A DNA stretch of 64,000 bases from positions 101,682,001 to 101,746,000 of the forward strand of contig NC_058368.1 in the NCBI RefSeq assembly GCF_018350175.1, read 5' to 3'. Under the pieces are notes generated by a model. It did not search any database. It had not been told where the DNA came from and saw only the letters and a program-made list of their open reading frames with translations. Numbering within the stretch: position 1 is the stretch's first letter; every line of letters begins with the position of its first letter. Position numbers and translations under genes: made by a program. This document shows, one piece after another, positions 38,345 through 50,683 of this stretch. This DNA comes from Felis catus (taxonomy: Eukaryota).

Positions 38345-38610
38345 TATTTATTTATTTTTTAAATGTTTGTTTATTTTGAGAGAGAGAGAGAGCGAGAGCA
38401 AGTGTGAGTGGGGAAAAGGCAGAGAGGAGAGAGGGAGGGGGAGAGAGAGAGAGAGAGAAAGAGAGAGAAAGAGGGGGAGAGAACCCCAAGCAGGTTCCAT
38501 GCTGACAGCAGAGAGCCAGACGTGGGGCTTGATCCCACGAACTGTGAGATCATGACCTGAGCTGACATCAAGACTTGGACGCTTAACCGACTGAGCCACC
38601 CAGGCGACCC
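38345..38610 (-). mobile_element. CanSINE with expanded GA tract
   Basis: Antisense SINE abutting the previous one; ...gagccacccaggcgaccc. Confidence 0.92.
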
Positions 38611-38671
38611 TGGAAAAAAAATTTTTTTAAACGGGGTTAAAGACTACGTGGATTTAAATGTTAGGGTAGGA

Positions 38672-38873
38672 GGGGCGCCTGGGTGGCTCAGTCGGTTGAG
38701 CGTCCGACTTCAGCTCAGGTCACGATCTCGCGGTCCGTGAGTTCGAGCCCCGCGTCGGGCTCTGGGCTGATGGCTCAGAGCCTGGAGCCTGCTTCCGATT
38801 CTGTGTCTCCCTCTCTCTCTGCCCCTCCCCCGTTCATGCTCTGTCTCTCTCTGTCTCAAAAATAAATAAAACG
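38672..38873 (+). mobile_element. Young felid SINE with very short A-tail
   Basis: Perfect 18-bp TSD ttaaatgttagggtagga (38654-38671 / 38874-38891). Confidence 0.97.
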
Positions 38874-38904
38874 TTAAATGTTAGGGTAGGATATAACTAT
38901 ATAA

Positions 38905-39165
38905 TTAGTGAAGGTCACAGACCCTGGAATTAGTCTGCCTGGGTTTGAATTCATTTCCATCGCCTATCCTGTGTTAATTCAGTAAAGTTCCTTAATGCTT
39001 CGTGTCAGTTTTGCCATTTTAAAAATAGGGCTAAAAAGAAAACCCTTTACACTTTAAGTTTGTGGTGGAGACAAAACAGGATGATGGATGCAGGGCACTT
39101 GATGTGACTGCCAAGTGACTGATGTACGGTAAACCACCATAAGCGACAGCTATACTATTATTATG
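38905..39165 (+). mobile_element. MIR, near full length
   Basis: ctgcctgggtttgaat...aagttccttaatgcttcgtgtcagttttgccattttaaaaataggg...agctatactattattat. Confidence 0.7.
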
Positions 39166-39487
39166 TCTTTGCTGTGAAACTGTTTCTTAGGCAAGTTTTG
39201 CAATTTTATATTCCCATCAACAGTTCTAAGACTGCCCATTTTCGCATACCTGGTCTGTCACTGAGCTTAGTTACCCTTTCATATCTTTTCTACAGTTGTA
39301 TTACCCGCTTTCCTCTCCCTAAAAAAAATAGACAACTTGCTTTTTTTCATGTATTTCATTGTGACTGAGGTTGGTATCTGTGAAAATGTTGGTCATTAGA
39401 AACGAAACAAAACATGTTCTTGATCATTTTATGATGTACAATATTTTTGTCCTTGGTTTTGTTTTTTAATTGGCAGGGTTTCTTATC

Positions 39488-39678
39488 AGGGCCCTGGGTG
39501 GCTTAATCAGTCAGTGATTTCCGCTCAGGTCATGATCACATGGTTTGTGAATTCGAGTCATGAGGCTCCGTGATGACAGTGCACAGCCTGCTTGGGATTC
39601 TCTCTCTTCCCCCCCTCACCCCCCACTCATGCTCGCATGCTCTCTCTTTCAAAATAAATTAAAAAAAACTTAAAAAAA
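39488..39678 (+). mobile_element. Older CanSINE
   Basis: gggccctgggtggctt...gctcaggtcatgatc...cctgcttgggattctctc...aaaataaat. Confidence 0.85.
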
Positions 39679-39768
39679 TTAGAGTTCCTTGTGGATTTAC
39701 AGAATTAAGCAGTGCAGATATGTTAGCTCATGTTCATGTGTCCTTGAGCTTTTTGTCATACTTAGAGC

Positions 39769-39771
<3 letters not shown>

Positions 39772-39806
<35 letters not shown>
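39772..39806. repeat. (TG)n microsatellite
   Basis: Perfect TG run. Confidence 0.95.
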
Positions 39807-39807
<1 letters not shown>

Positions 39808-39959
39808 TATCCATGCTCTTCAAGACTTTGATCTTTTTATGTAATTTGAATGCATTATTTGTAGAGATTCTTCTTTTCATTTAATTCTTAGAAAGGGCTG
39901 TGTCACACCTCATTCATTCATTCACATTTTATTTCACTATTTTCAACGGTTTTACTTTG

Positions 39960-42900
39960 ATTTAAAATAATATTAAATCTGGAAATAATTCTTATGATAA
40001 AGATCCTTGGAATTTGAAAGATAATGGAGTAATTTTTTATATATTTTTTCTTCATTGATATATTAGGGAGGAAAGCCTTTAGTGTTGTGCCTCTAAATGT
40101 GGCTTTAGCATAGATTCTAGGCAGATGCACTTAATTGGGTCGGGGAATCTCCCTTCAGCTCCTGTGGACTTAAAATTTTTCTCACAAGTGGATGTTGACT
40201 TGTGTCAAATGGTCTTCGTCCATCTGTTGAGAAAATAATGTCGTTGTTCTCTTGTGTTCTCTTACTGTAATGAGTTACCTTCATAGTTGAAAAGTTAAGC
40301 CAAACTTGGATTCCTGGGATAAAATTCACTAGGTTATATTCTATTAACTGATGTATTGCTTAATCAAATTTGCTCATGTTAAGGGTTTTTACATCTTTGC
40401 TTATGAGGTAGTCTGGTCTGTAGTTTCTTCCTCTTTAGAAATGTCTTTGTCTGACTTTGGTGTCTAGCTAATGCTGGCATTATGAATATTGGTAAACATA
40501 TTTTTACATTTATTTTCTGAAATACTGTGTGTGAGGTTGATATTATTTCTCAAATATTTGATAGAAATCACTAGGGAAACCATCTTAGCCATTTTTTGTT
40601 GTTGTTGTTGCGTGAATGTTTTCATGTAATAGGTAAAGAGCTACTCATATTTTCAGTTTCTTCTGTGTCAGTTTTGGTAAGGTGTGTTTTTTTTTTTTTA
40701 ATTTTTTTTCAACGTTTTTTATTTATTTTTCGGACAGAGAGAGACAGAGCATGAACGGGGGAGGGGCAGAGAGAGAGGGAGACGCAGAATCGGAAACAGG
40801 CTCCAGGCTCTGAGCCATCAGCCCAGAGCCCGACGCGGGGCTCGAACTCCCGGACCGCGAGATCGTGACCTGGCTGAAGTCGGACGCTTAACCGACTGCG
40901 CCACCCAGGCGCCCCGGTAAGGTGTGTTTTTTAAAGAAATTAGCCTAATTCACAAATTAGCACTGGCTTAATTTTTTTCCTTTTCATATATGCTGGATTT
41001 GTGGTGATGTGTCTCTTTCATGCTGAACATTGTTATTTTGATTTTTCACCTTTTTTCCTTTATCAGTCATTCTAGGGGAATATAATTTTATTAGTCATTT
41101 TAAAGAACCAGTATTGGCTTTGGTATTTTTTTTTTCCATTGAGTGTTTTTTTCTTTCATTTATTTCTTCCACTTCCATTTAATTTTTTCTTGTTTTTTTC
41201 TGTTTTCTTAGGATGGGTCTTATTTGAAACTTTACTTGTTTTTAAAACCATAAGTTTCACTCAAGTGAAACTCAAGTTTCACTGTTTTTGTTGAATCCCA
41301 CAAATGGGCACATAATGTTTCTATTGCTTTTCATCTCAAAATATAATCTAATTTTGCTTGTGATTTCTTCATTGACCTATGGGTCGTTTAGAAATATGTA
41401 CCTTAATTTCCACATACTTGGAACTATGCTAGAATCCCCTTGCTACTATTTTCTAATTTACTTTCATTGTTGTTGGAGATCATATTCTGCCAGATATCAA
41501 ATGATGATTATTGGAGTTTTTATGTTCAGGACATGGTTCAACTTGAGTCTACCATATGCTCTTGAAAAGAAGGTTGCTGTATGTAGTGTTACATAAATGT
41601 CATTTACAGTATTGTTGGTTGATAATTTTCTTTAAATCTTTGGTAACTTCTGTACCTTTCTGATCAATATTGAACTATACTTTTGGATTTTTCTGTCTCT
41701 TCATTTTTGTCATTTTTTGCTTTATGTAGTTGAATGTTAGTAGGTGCATATACATTTAGATTTATTTTTTCTTGATATATTATCTTTCATCAGTAAAATA
41801 CCAGCATTATCAGATATCCTCTTGTTATCTTTAGTAATACGCTTTGCCTTTTTTTGTAATGCTCTTTGTCTTAAGTCTACTTTATCAATACTTTATCAAT
41901 AGTCACACTAGTTTTATTATGCTTACTATTTGCATGGAATATTCTTTCCAACATTTTATTTAACAACTCTGTGCATCTTTAGAGAATGTCTTTTATAGAG
42001 AGGATAATAGGTAGGTCTTTTCTGTTCTTTATCCATTTTGACATTCTCTGCTTTTAAATGGAATATGTAGTTTAGTTATATTTTAGGCAATTATTGATAT
42101 TTATGATTTTAAACAATTTGATTCTTGTTGGTATTTTGTTTTTATTTTACTACTCATTGGTTAATTGACTACATTTTATTTTTTCTAACTTTTTGGCTAT
42201 ACTTCTTGGTAAGTTCCCATTGCTTTATTTCAAGATTAACATATGTATAATTATTATGATTTACTTAAAATTAATATTGTACTATTTTACTTAAAGAACC
42301 GTACAATAGTATAATTATGTTCACATCTATCCATTGTGCAGTTAATGACATATTTTAATTCTACATCTAATATGATCTCTCACAATACAATATTGTTATT
42401 TTTCTCTCAAACCTTTGCATTTAATACAATTCAAAAATGGAAAAAATAGATAATATTTTATGTTTTCCAATATGCTTATATTTCCATGCTCTTGTTTCCT
42501 TCCTGTGGGTCTGAATGTCAGCCTGGCATCACATCCCTTCAGCCTGAAGACATATCTTTACCTTTTCTTGTGGTTTAGGTCTACTGAGAACCAATTTTCT
42601 GTTTCTGTTTTAAAATGGTCTCATTTAACTTTGATTTTTGAAGGTTATTTTTGCTGCATATGCATGTATGAGTTTACACATTTTTTTTCAACACTTCAAA
42701 GTTGTCATTACGCTGTTTTTTTTCACCTCCATCATTTGGATGACAAATAGCATGCCTGTCTATATTCTGTTGCAAGTAATTTCTTTTATCTCCTCAGATT
42801 TTAAAATTTTATCTTAAGAGATAAAGAAAATATGTGCCTATGTCATAGGTTTTTTGTTTTTACTGTTTGAGGCTTGATGAATTTCTTAAATCTGAAGGTT

Positions 42901-43308
42901 GATATTTTTAATGGAACTTTCCATATTCTCAGTCATTATTTTCTCATAAGATTGTTTCTGTTATCTTTTGGTTTTTCTGGGACAACAATGAAATGTACCA
43001 AACTGCCATTGTCCCAGAAACCTCAGAGTCTTTGCTTATTGTCTTCAATCCTTTAACCTCTGTTCTTCATACTGAGTAATTTTTAGTGATCTGTCATCAA
43101 ATTTATTGACTCTGTAATATGCAGTCTCTTACCCTCTATTAACCTTTTTAGTTAACTTTTTACATCAATTTATTTCTTTTTTTATGGTTTCTGTTTCTCT
43201 GCTGATATTTCCTTTCTGTTAGCTCATTATGTCTTTAACTCCTTGATAGTACTAGCTATTAAGCCCCTTTCTACTAATTCTAACCTCTTTGTCATCTGGA
43301 AGTCTGTT
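39960..43308 (-). mobile_element. Old L1 (L1ME-like) ORF2/ORF1 fragment, 3' part
   Basis: ORF 40117-40329(-) NFIPGIQVWLN...IIFSTDGRRPFDTSQHPLVRKIL resembles the L1 ORF2 RT segment GFIPGMQGWFN...[22 protein letters not shown]; T-rich antisense L1 throughout. Confidence 0.8.
40693..40915 (-). mobile_element. Young felid SINE (SINEC_Fc)
   Basis: Perfect TSD ggtaaggtgtgtttttt (40676-40692 / 40916-40932). Confidence 0.97.
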
Positions 43309-44607
43309 TCTATTGACGATTTTCCCCCTTTAATGTAAACTTTATTTTTTACAGCTCTTGTCAGATTACAGAAAAATTGAGAGAAAGTATAGGGAGTTTC
43401 CATAGATCCATGCCCTACACATTTGCAGCCTCCCTCACTATGAATATCTTGCATCAAAGTCTTAAATCTATTGCAGTTGGTGCACCTGCCTTGACACATG
43501 ACTATCACCTGAAGTTCATTAGGGTTCATTTCCAATATTCTACTTTTTGGGAATTTGAACAAATGTATAATGACATGTATCCATTACTGTAGTGTTATAC
43601 AGGGTAGTTTCAGAACCCTAAAAATCCTCTATGTTCCTTCTCTTCATCCTTTCCCCAACCCCACCCCCTAGCAATCCCTAAACATTTTTACCCTCTCTGT
43701 AGTCTTGATTTTCTTCAGAATGTCATATAGTTGGAATTACGTCATATATATCCTTTTCACATTGGTTTCTTTCATTTAGTAACAGGCATTTAAGTTTCCT
43801 GCATGTATTTTCATGGCTTGATAATTCATTTCTTTTTAGAGATGACTATTTCATTGTCATGCTGTACCATAATTTGTCCAGTGAGCTACTGAAGAGCAGC
43901 TTGGCGGCTTCCACAAGTTTTGAGAATTATGAATGAAAGTGTTACAATGTTTATGGAAAGTCTTTCATTTGGACATAAGTTTTCATTTCATTTGAGTATG
44001 TACCAAGGAGCACAATTACTACATCATATGGTATGAGTATGTTTAGCTTTGTAAGAAACCACCAACATGTATTCCAAAGTGGCCATACAATTTTGCAATC
44101 CCATCAGCAATGAACAAGAGTATCTGTTGCTCCCTTTTCTTGATAGCATTTGGGGCATCTTGGTGTGGATTTTGGCCATTCTGATAGGTGTGTAGTGATA
44201 TTTCACTGTTGTCTTAATGTCTGTTTTCCTTATGACTTACAATGTGGAGCACCTTCTATGCTTACTTGCCATCTGTATGTCTTTTTTGATGGGTTGTCTG
44301 TTATGGCTTTGGTCAGTTTTTTGAATTAGATTTTTATTTTCTTACTGTTTGAAAAATTCTTGGTATATTTTGGATTGCAGTCTTTTTTTCAGATGTGTTT
44401 TTACAAATATTTTTCTCTTGTATGCGGCTTCTCATTCTCTTGAGATTGTCTTTTGCAGAGAAGTATAAATTTTGATTTACACTTACTAATTCGTTCATGG
44501 AATTCTTTCATGGAATAGGCCTTTGGTGTTGTATATAAAAAGTCCTTGCTAAATCCAAGTTTATCTAGATTTTCTCTTATGTTCTCTTACAGAAGTTTTA
44601 TAGCTTT

Positions 44608-44826
44608 AGGGCACCCGAGTGGTTCAGTCAGTTAGGCATCAGACTTCGGCTCAGGTCACAATCTCATGGCTGGTGAGTTTGGGCTTGTGTTGGACTCTGT
44701 GCTAAGAACTCAGAGCCTCAAGCTTGCTTCACATTCTGTCTCTGTCTCTCTTTGCCCCTCCCTGCTCATGTGCTGTCTGTCTGCCTCTCTCTCAAATACA
44801 AATGAACATTAAAAAATAAAAAAAAA
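44608..44826 (+). mobile_element. Felid SINE inside L1
   Basis: TSD tttatagcttt (44597-44607 / 44827-44837). Confidence 0.92.
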
Positions 44827-44917
44827 TTTATAGCTTTGCATTTTACAGTGAGGTCTATGATCCATTTTGAGCTCATTTTTCTAAAACGTGTAAGGTCTTT
44901 GTCTAAATTGATAATTT

Positions 44918-44974
44918 TCTTCCTTCCTTCCTTCCTTCCTTCCTTCCTTCCTTCCTTCCTTCCTTCCTTCCTTC
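44918..44974. repeat. (TTCC)n microsatellite
   Basis: Direct reading. Confidence 0.95.
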
Positions 44975-45034
44975 TCTTCTTTCACATGAGAATCTCCAGT
45001 TGGTTCAGCATCATGGCTTCAAAATAGTATCTTA

Positions 45035-45128
45035 GAGCCCCTGGCTGGTTCAGTTGGTTGAACGTCACACACTTGATTTCCACTCACAGTGGTGAAGTCA
45101 AGTCCCGCATTGGGCTCTGCACTGAGCT
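45035..45128 (+). mobile_element. 3'-truncated CanSINE fragment
   Basis: gagcccctggctggttcagttggttgaac...cttgatttc...tcaagtcccgcattgggctctgcactgagc, then abrupt return to L1 sequence. Confidence 0.65.
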
Positions 45129-48100
45129 TGATTTTTCTCATCAGAGTTTTGTAGTGTTCCTTACATAGACCTTGTATGTATTTTGTTAGAAATATACCTC
45201 AGTATTTAATTTTTTTGGGTGCTAATGTAAATAGTATTTTTTTATTTTACATTTCAGTTCATTGTTGGTATATAGGAAAGTGAATGACTTTTGTATATTA
45301 ATCCTTTAACCTGAAAACTTGCTGTAATCCCTTAATTCCCACATTTTTTTTCTTAATTCTTTGGTATTTCCTACATGTATGATGAATGTCTGCAAATAAA
45401 GACAGTTTTATTTCTTCTTTTCTTATCTGTATGCCTTTTATTTCTTGTTCTTGTCTGATTACATCAGCTAGCATTTCAAGTACAGTGTTGAAGTGGAGTA
45501 ATGAGAGGGATATCCTTGCCTTGGTCTTTGTATGAATAGGAAAACTTCCATTTTCCTACCATTAACTATGATGCTAGCCGTAGATTTTTTTTTCTTTGTA
45601 TATGTTATTGACGAAGTTGAGAAAGTTCTCTTTTATACTTAGTTTGCTGAGAGTTTTTATAATGGGTATTGGATTTAGTCAAGTGCTATTTCTGTACGTA
45701 TTGATAGTATCATGCAGTTTTTCTCCTTTAGTCTGTTGATGTGAAGAATGACATTAACTGAGTTTTTAATTTTGAGCCAGGCTTGCATACATGGGATAAT
45801 TCTCACTTGGTTATGATGTATAATTTTTTAACACGTTGGGTTTGATTGACCAATATTTTGTTGAGGATTTTTACGTTTATGTTCACTAGAAATAATGGTC
45901 TATAGTTTTCTTAGTTTTCTTTTAGTATCTTGGTCAGGTTTGGTATTAGGATAATGCTGGGCTTATAGAATGACTGAGGAAATATTCCCTCTGCTCCAAT
46001 CTCTAAAAGAGATGATAGAGAATTTGTATAATTTCTTAAATTTTTTATAGATATAACCAGTGACGCCTCTGAGCCAAGTGCTTTCTCTTTTGGAAAGTTA
46101 TTATTGATTCAATTTCATTAATTGATACAAGCCTATTTATATTGTCTGTTTCTTCTTGTGTCAATTTTGGCAGATTTTATCTTTCAGGAAATCTATTTCA
46201 TCTAGGTTGCTAAATTTGGTACATAGACTTGCTCATAGTAACTTTTTAGTATGAGTGAGACCTGTAGTGATGTCCCCTCTTTCATTTTTGATTTTAATAA
46301 TTTGTGTCACCTCTTTTTCTCTTAATGTGGCTGTAGGCCTATCAATTTTACTGATTTTTTTTTTTTTAAAGAACTAGATTTTGGTTTCATTGATATTTTT
46401 CCCCTAATGAGTTTTTGTTTCCGATGCCATAGACTTCTGTAATTCTTACTATTTGTTCTGCTTGTACTTAGGATTTGATATGTTCTTCTTGTGCTAGTTT
46501 CCTAAGATTGAAGCTTAGATTACTGATTTAAAATTTTTGTCTTTTCTAATATATGCATTCAGTGCCATAACTTTCCCACTAAACATAGCTTTCACTGAAT
46601 TCCACAAATTTTGATAAGTTGTATTTTTATTATCATATTTTGGGTTTTAAAATTTCTCATGAAATTGCTTCTTGACCCATGTTTTACTTAGAAGTGTGTT
46701 TAGCCTCCAAGTATTTGGGGATGTTTCCAGCTATCTTTCTGTTACTAATTTCTGATTTAATTCTCTTGTGCTCTGAAAAGCTGACATAGTATATAGTTCC
46801 TATTCTTTTAAAGTTGTCAAAGTGTGTTGTATGGCCCAGAATGTGGTTTATCTTGGTGAACATTCCATCTGAGCTTGAGAAGAAGGTGTATTGTGATGAT
46901 TTTTGGGTGGAGTGCTATATCAATGACAGTTACATCCAGTTGATTGATTATGCTGTTAAGTTCAACTCTGTCCTTACTGATTTTCTGCCCACTGGATTTG
47001 TCTATTTCTGATGGAGTGTATTGAAGTCTCCAACTATCATAGTATACTCATTTATTTTTCCTTGCAATTCTATCAGTTGTTGCCTCATGTATTTTGACAC
47101 TCTGTTGTTAGGCACATACACATTAAAGATTGATAGGTCCTCTTGGAGAACTGACCCCTTTATCATTATATCATGCCATCTTTATCCCGCATAAGTTGCC
47201 CTGCTTTGAAATCTCCTGTCTTAAAGTAATGTAGCTACTCATGCTGTCTTTTAATTAGTGTTATCATAGTATGTATTTTTCCATCCCTACTTTTAATCTA
47301 TATGTGTCTTTTATATTTAAAAAGGATTTCTTACAGCTGGCATGTAGTTAGGTCTTATTATTTGATTCACCTAATAATCTTTTAATTGATGTATTTATAC
47401 ATTGGCATTTGAGGCGATTGTGAATATTGTTGCATAATGTACTGACTGAAAGGAACATTTGTAAATAGGCTTTTAGTAATTATATTGTCCTATGACAATG
47501 TCTAGGGTTTTTAGGGAATCAGTGGCCCTGGGCTCTGGACTCCACAAGTGCCTCTCAGTTTTTTCCCAGACTTAGGTGGAACCACATGACTAGAGGGTGC
47601 TGGAGCTTGGTAATTCCCTTCCTCCATGCAGAAGATAGAGGGATTTTCCTTGCATATTTTCTTTAACACGTGTAGAAGGCTAGAGCCAGCTGGAGTTGGA
47701 TGTTTTCTTCCCCTAGGTTAGTTAGTCTCTGATAAAACTCCAAAAGGTTCTTCTCTGGTAGATAGTTTATTTTAAGGGAAGGTCTTATTAAGAGTTACAA
47801 AAAACTCTGGTGTATTTAAAAATGACTTTTCCCCCCTTCTTCTGCTAGAAGCCCAAGAAGATTTTTCTTGAATATTTACCGTGAAAACCTGGTAGGGTTC
47901 CAGGACATAAAACTCAGTGTGGGAGCCCCCCACTCCGTGATTTTTTTTTTTTAAATCCTCAGTCTTGTCTACACTCAGTCTCTGGAGATTCATTAATTAT
48001 AGTTCAGTTTTCCCTTCCTCAGCCCTGGCTCCCATGAAGATTTCTATTTGTGGGTTTTCTGCTCTAGTAAGTTGTGTTTCTGTATATCCATGTTTGTCTG

Positions 48101-48269
48101 TCCTATATTTGGGACAGCAGTTTGTCCTATGACCTCACTTTGGTGATGGATCTAAGAAGCGTTGTTGATTTTTCAGTCTGCTCAGCTTTTTACTTGTTAG
48201 GACGGAGTAGAGACTTTTAGGTTCTCCACATGCTAGCCTGGAAACAGGAAGTCCTCTGTTGACTATTTT

Positions 48270-48850
48270 ATTTCTGAATTTTGCGCCTTATTTTCTTTTC
48301 TATTTCTATCCAGTAGTTTTTTATTACAAGCTGGAAATTATAATCCTACATTTAAGGGAGAGATGTTGAGTTTTCTTCATGCAGGCAGTCGAATTCCTAG
48401 CACGTCTTCTTGGCCTTTTTAGATGTTGTTTTGTGATATGCTTGTGTGTGTCCATTTGGGTTTTGCTCTTGATCGTAAATACCAGTCCTACTGTAGACTG
48501 TGGTCATTACTCATGTATGACCTTTTGTGGTCTCATACGCACATCTACCATGGTCAGGGAGTTCTTTCTATTCTGATGTGGCCAGAACTTGAACATGTTC
48601 TAGTTCAACTAGAACTGCAGAACTTCAGGCTACTTTGCTTGGGCGGCATTTCTCGTCCCATGGTCCAGAAAGGGATCCAAAGCAGGAAAACAAGGTAACA
48701 GGGGGTTCACCTGGTCTCTCAGAGATCACAACTTTGGGCTGCCTGTTGGTGGATTCATAAGAACAGTTGCCTCATAGACGATGGTTTTACTCTTGTTCAG
48801 TGAGAGGGTATGGTTGATACCTTCTCTTCCATCTTAGGTGAACGCAGAAG
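48270..48850 (-). mobile_element. Continuation (5' part) of the old L1ME-like element
   Basis: Resumes the L1ME ORF1/5' sequence interrupted at 43323. Confidence 0.55.
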
Positions 48851-49443
48851 ACTCACATATTAGCTTTACCGTGTCTTAATACCTGTTACAAAGGCATTTC
48901 TATGTGTTCTCCCAAACATTATCATCACTTTGGTTTTTTTGTGTGTGGATATTACATGTATTACTCTGGGTAACTTTGCCGTGTTGGGACACATTCTATT
49001 GGGATTTGACTGGGACAGTATTAAATTTAGGCTTAGTTTAGGGATAATCCACATTTTTTCCAATATACTGTAAACTCTAAGAAAAAGTATATCTTTACAT
49101 TAAATCAAATTTCCTTTTATGTTCCTCACTTTTAATAATTGTGTAAACATACATTCTACACCTGTAAGTTCATTATAAAATGTATTATTTTTGTTGCTCT
49201 TGTGGATGAGCTTTATTGTATTTTGTACATCTCCATTATCTGTATGAAATAAGTAGTTTTTGTATTTTAACTCTAACCAATTCTTTTGACTTCTCATTTC
49301 CCCCCTAGTTTTCTAGCTTATCATCTTAACTGTCTAGGTTTAAGCAATTTTTTAACTCCACATTTCAAACATACTTGATATATTTATCTTGTCTAATTAT
49401 AGTAGATAGTACTTCCAGAATATTGTTATCTAAAGGCATTCTT

Positions 49444-49650
49444 GGGGTGCCTGGGTGGCTCAGTCAGTTAAGTGCCAGACTTCGGCTCAGGTCATGATCT
49501 TAAGGTTCAAGGATTGCTTCTGGCTCTCTGCCATCAGCACGGAGCCCACATGGGATCCTTTGTACCTCTCTGTCTCTGCCCTTGCCCTGCTTATGCGCTC
49601 TCTCTCTTTCAAAAATAAAATAAACATTAAAAAAATTAAAAAAATTAAAA
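49444..49650 (+). mobile_element. Felid SINE
   Basis: ggggtgcctgggtggctcagtcagttaag head, CT tract, A-tail. Confidence 0.92.
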
Positions 49651-49669
49651 CATTCTTCCTATCACCAAT

Positions 49670-49887
49670 TTTTAAAAAAAACTTTTAATGTTTTTATTTA
49701 TTTTTGAGAGAGTGAGTGAGCATGAGTGGGGGAGGGCCAGAGAGACAGGGAGACACAGAATATGAAGCAGGCTCCAGGCTGTAAGCTGTCAGCACAGAGC
49801 CAGATGTGGGGCTCAAACTGGTGAACGGTGAAATCATGACCTGAGCCAAAGGTGGACGCTTCACCGACTGAGCCACCCAGGCGTCCC
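49670..49887 (-). mobile_element. Felid SINE
   Basis: ...ccgactgagccacccaggcgtccc. Confidence 0.92.
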
Positions 49888-50466
49888 GATTAGTATCACC
49901 AAAGTTAATGGTATTTCAAGTGTAAGTATCATGATACCTTAAATGATTGAGTTATATATATCCTTTCTATTAATTTTTTAAGTTAAAATTTGACAAATGT
50001 TACATCTAATATTTTTTGGTCTCCATAAATATTGTTCTCTAGTTTGTCTTCACTGAATTATTAATTTGGTGATTTGTACAATTAGACATTCTAACACTGA
50101 TCTCCCTTGCATTTTTAGTAAACCTAACTAGATTAACCTGGCTTTTTTTTTTAATTGCTGACTTTATGCTTTATTAGCTAAATATTTGTTCATAAGTAGA
50201 TTTTTGACCCAAAATATACAAACAAGTTTCATTTGTTACCTTTTTGTCTGCTAACTTTTCCAGATTTTAGATTAATGATAGCCTGATTTATTTTCTGTAA
50301 CAGTTAAAATGACATGGGCAGTTTTTTTTTTTCCTTGTGATATACTGACAGAAATCAACTTGGGCTTATTTGTTGTTGGTGATGATGGTGAAGAATGGAG
50401 AAGACGACTCTTTGACAGTTTGCAGTTTCCCCTTGTTTACTATTGTTTGAGCTTTCTAACCTTTTT

Positions 50467-50683
50467 TTTTTTTAATTTTTTTAAACATTTATTTATTTTT
50501 GAGACAGAGACAGAGCATGAACGGGGGGAGGGGCAGAGAGAGAGGGAGACATAGAACCGGAAGCAGGCTCCAGGCTCTGAGCCATCAGCCCAGAGCCCGA
50601 CGCGGGGTTCGAACTCACGGACCGTGAGATCGTGACCTGAGCTGAAGTCGGACGCTTAACCGACTGAGCCACCCAGGCGCCCC
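50467..50683 (-). mobile_element. Young felid SINE
   Basis: Perfect TSD gctttctaaccttttt (50451-50466 / 50684-50699). Confidence 0.97.

Larger units (their letters stand above)
43324..48253 (-). mobile_element. L1MC-like element with both ends, internally deleted, nested in older L1
   Basis: L1MC1-like 3' UTR at 43330-43750; ORF2 C-terminus (KYHYTPIRMAKI, 44024-44206); ORF2 body to ~47430; 5' UTR-like block ending ...ctggaaacaggaagtc; diverged 15-bp TSD. Confidence 0.8.
48870..50400 (-). mobile_element. Old L1M ORF2 fragment (with SINE insertions)
   Basis: ORF 48866-49063(-) KMWIIPKLSLNL resembles L1 ORF2 KMSILPKLIYRF; T-rich antisense L1. Confidence 0.6.
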
